The notes beneath the pieces are model-generated. The model saw nothing but the letters and a program-made list of their open reading frames with translations, did not search any database and was not told where the DNA came from. Shown piece after piece: positions 63,233 to 64,000 of a DNA stretch of 64,000 bases (positions are counted from its first letter, which is position 1; every line of letters begins with the position of its first letter). The translations under genes and the position numbers were made by a program. The DNA comes from Octopus bimaculoides (Eukaryota): NCBI RefSeq assembly GCF_001194135.2, contig NC_069000.1:5004521-5068520 (forward strand). The letters run 5' to 3'.

Positions 63233-63514
63233 GATTGTTTAGTCCGAACTCAGTCCAGATTGAAGAGACCCATGAATAAGTACATTCCAGCCGTGACCAT
63301 CTTGTCTTTTCCCTTGTGTGCTGCGTGGTGGTGGTGGTGGTGGTGGTGGTAAATCAATGATTCCTTTATGCAAAACGTCTTTTCGTAAAATAATAGGGGT
63401 GGAATATATAAGAGACGATTGGCTGCTACTTCTAGTATAACGGATGTCCACATAGTGACACATTACTTCAGCGCAAATATTTACATACGTTTGTTTTGGA
63501 GTAACACCACCGAC

Positions 63515-63533
63515 AACTGTAGTATTGGCGGTG

Positions 63534-63581
<48 letters not shown>

Positions 63582-63640
63582 GGTGGTGGTGGCGGTTGTG
63601 GTAGCAGCAGAAGCTCAGCCGCCACCACCAGTATTAGCAG
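63515..63640. repeat. Compound (GGT)/(AGT)/(GCA) trinucleotide tract
   Basis: Directly visible; source of the poly-P/L ORF 63239-63964. Confidence 0.85.
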
Positions 63641-63967
63641 CAACGATCTTGTCTTTTTGCTTCTCGTATAATAATAAGAAGCATCTGTTAGTGATTTAAA
63701 GCCATTTAAGAGTGAAATACCGAGTGTGACACGAGAGATGGTAGGAGGAGGAGGGGGGAGAAAGAGAAAGAGGAGTGGTGAGAGGAGGAGAAAAGACGAG
63801 CAATGGAAAAGGGTGAAGTAAAGAGTGAAAGAGAGAGAGAGAGAGGACGGAGATGACATATGCTGGTGAGCTGAGTACGTGTATATATACGTACACACAC
63901 ACACACATATCAATACATATATAAATATATATATATGTATACGCATATATATATACATACACACACA

Positions 63968-64000
<33 letters not shown>

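Noticed and set aside
182-63968. Most ORFs in the supplied track (YI/CV/HT/RE/SL-rich or containing X runs)
   Set aside because: They are translations of microsatellites and N gaps, which lack stop codons. About 23 gaps (e.g. 923-1712, 6311-7199, 58420-59357) hide sequence that cannot be assessed.
1-64000. CRISPR arrays, operons or other prokaryotic systems
   Set aside because: No regularly spaced repeat-spacer array and no dense ORF organisation; the DNA is clearly animal-like.

Overview
Eukaryotic, AT-rich, repeat-dense DNA from a gapped short-read assembly. There are about 23 N gaps, and nearly all are flanked by (TA)n/(CA)n/(GA)n microsatellites. The extreme microsatellite load and the SINE families point to a coleoid cephalopod, most likely Octopus (inference from repeat content, no database search). 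No protein-coding gene can be called confidently: nearly all ORFs in the supplied track are microsatellite or N-gap translations, so the window reads as a large intron or intergenic region. Supported content: (1) about 25 SINE copies or fragments from three families: a Meta-domain-like family (A), a CORE-like family carrying an internal microsatellite (B) and a second CORE-like tRNA family (C); (2) fossil LINE pieces: two RTE 3' ends, an R4/Dong 3' end and a CR1-group ORF2 with its RT core missing; (3) Penelope-like element (PLE) relics: a GIY-YIG fragment and two terminal-repeat copies, each with a minimal hammerhead-ribozyme-like fold whose catalytic A6 is substituted; (4) a candidate solo LTR containing a perfect double-CCAAT palindrome; (5) a possible Merlin-like transposase relic; (6) several unexplained diverged tandem duplications, the most notable being a ~335-bp-period, ORF-rich tract at 35.8-36.6 kb with cadherin-like spacing. 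The best leads are the two hammerhead motifs and the 35.8-36.6 kb tract. The sequence alone does not demonstrate a new biological system.
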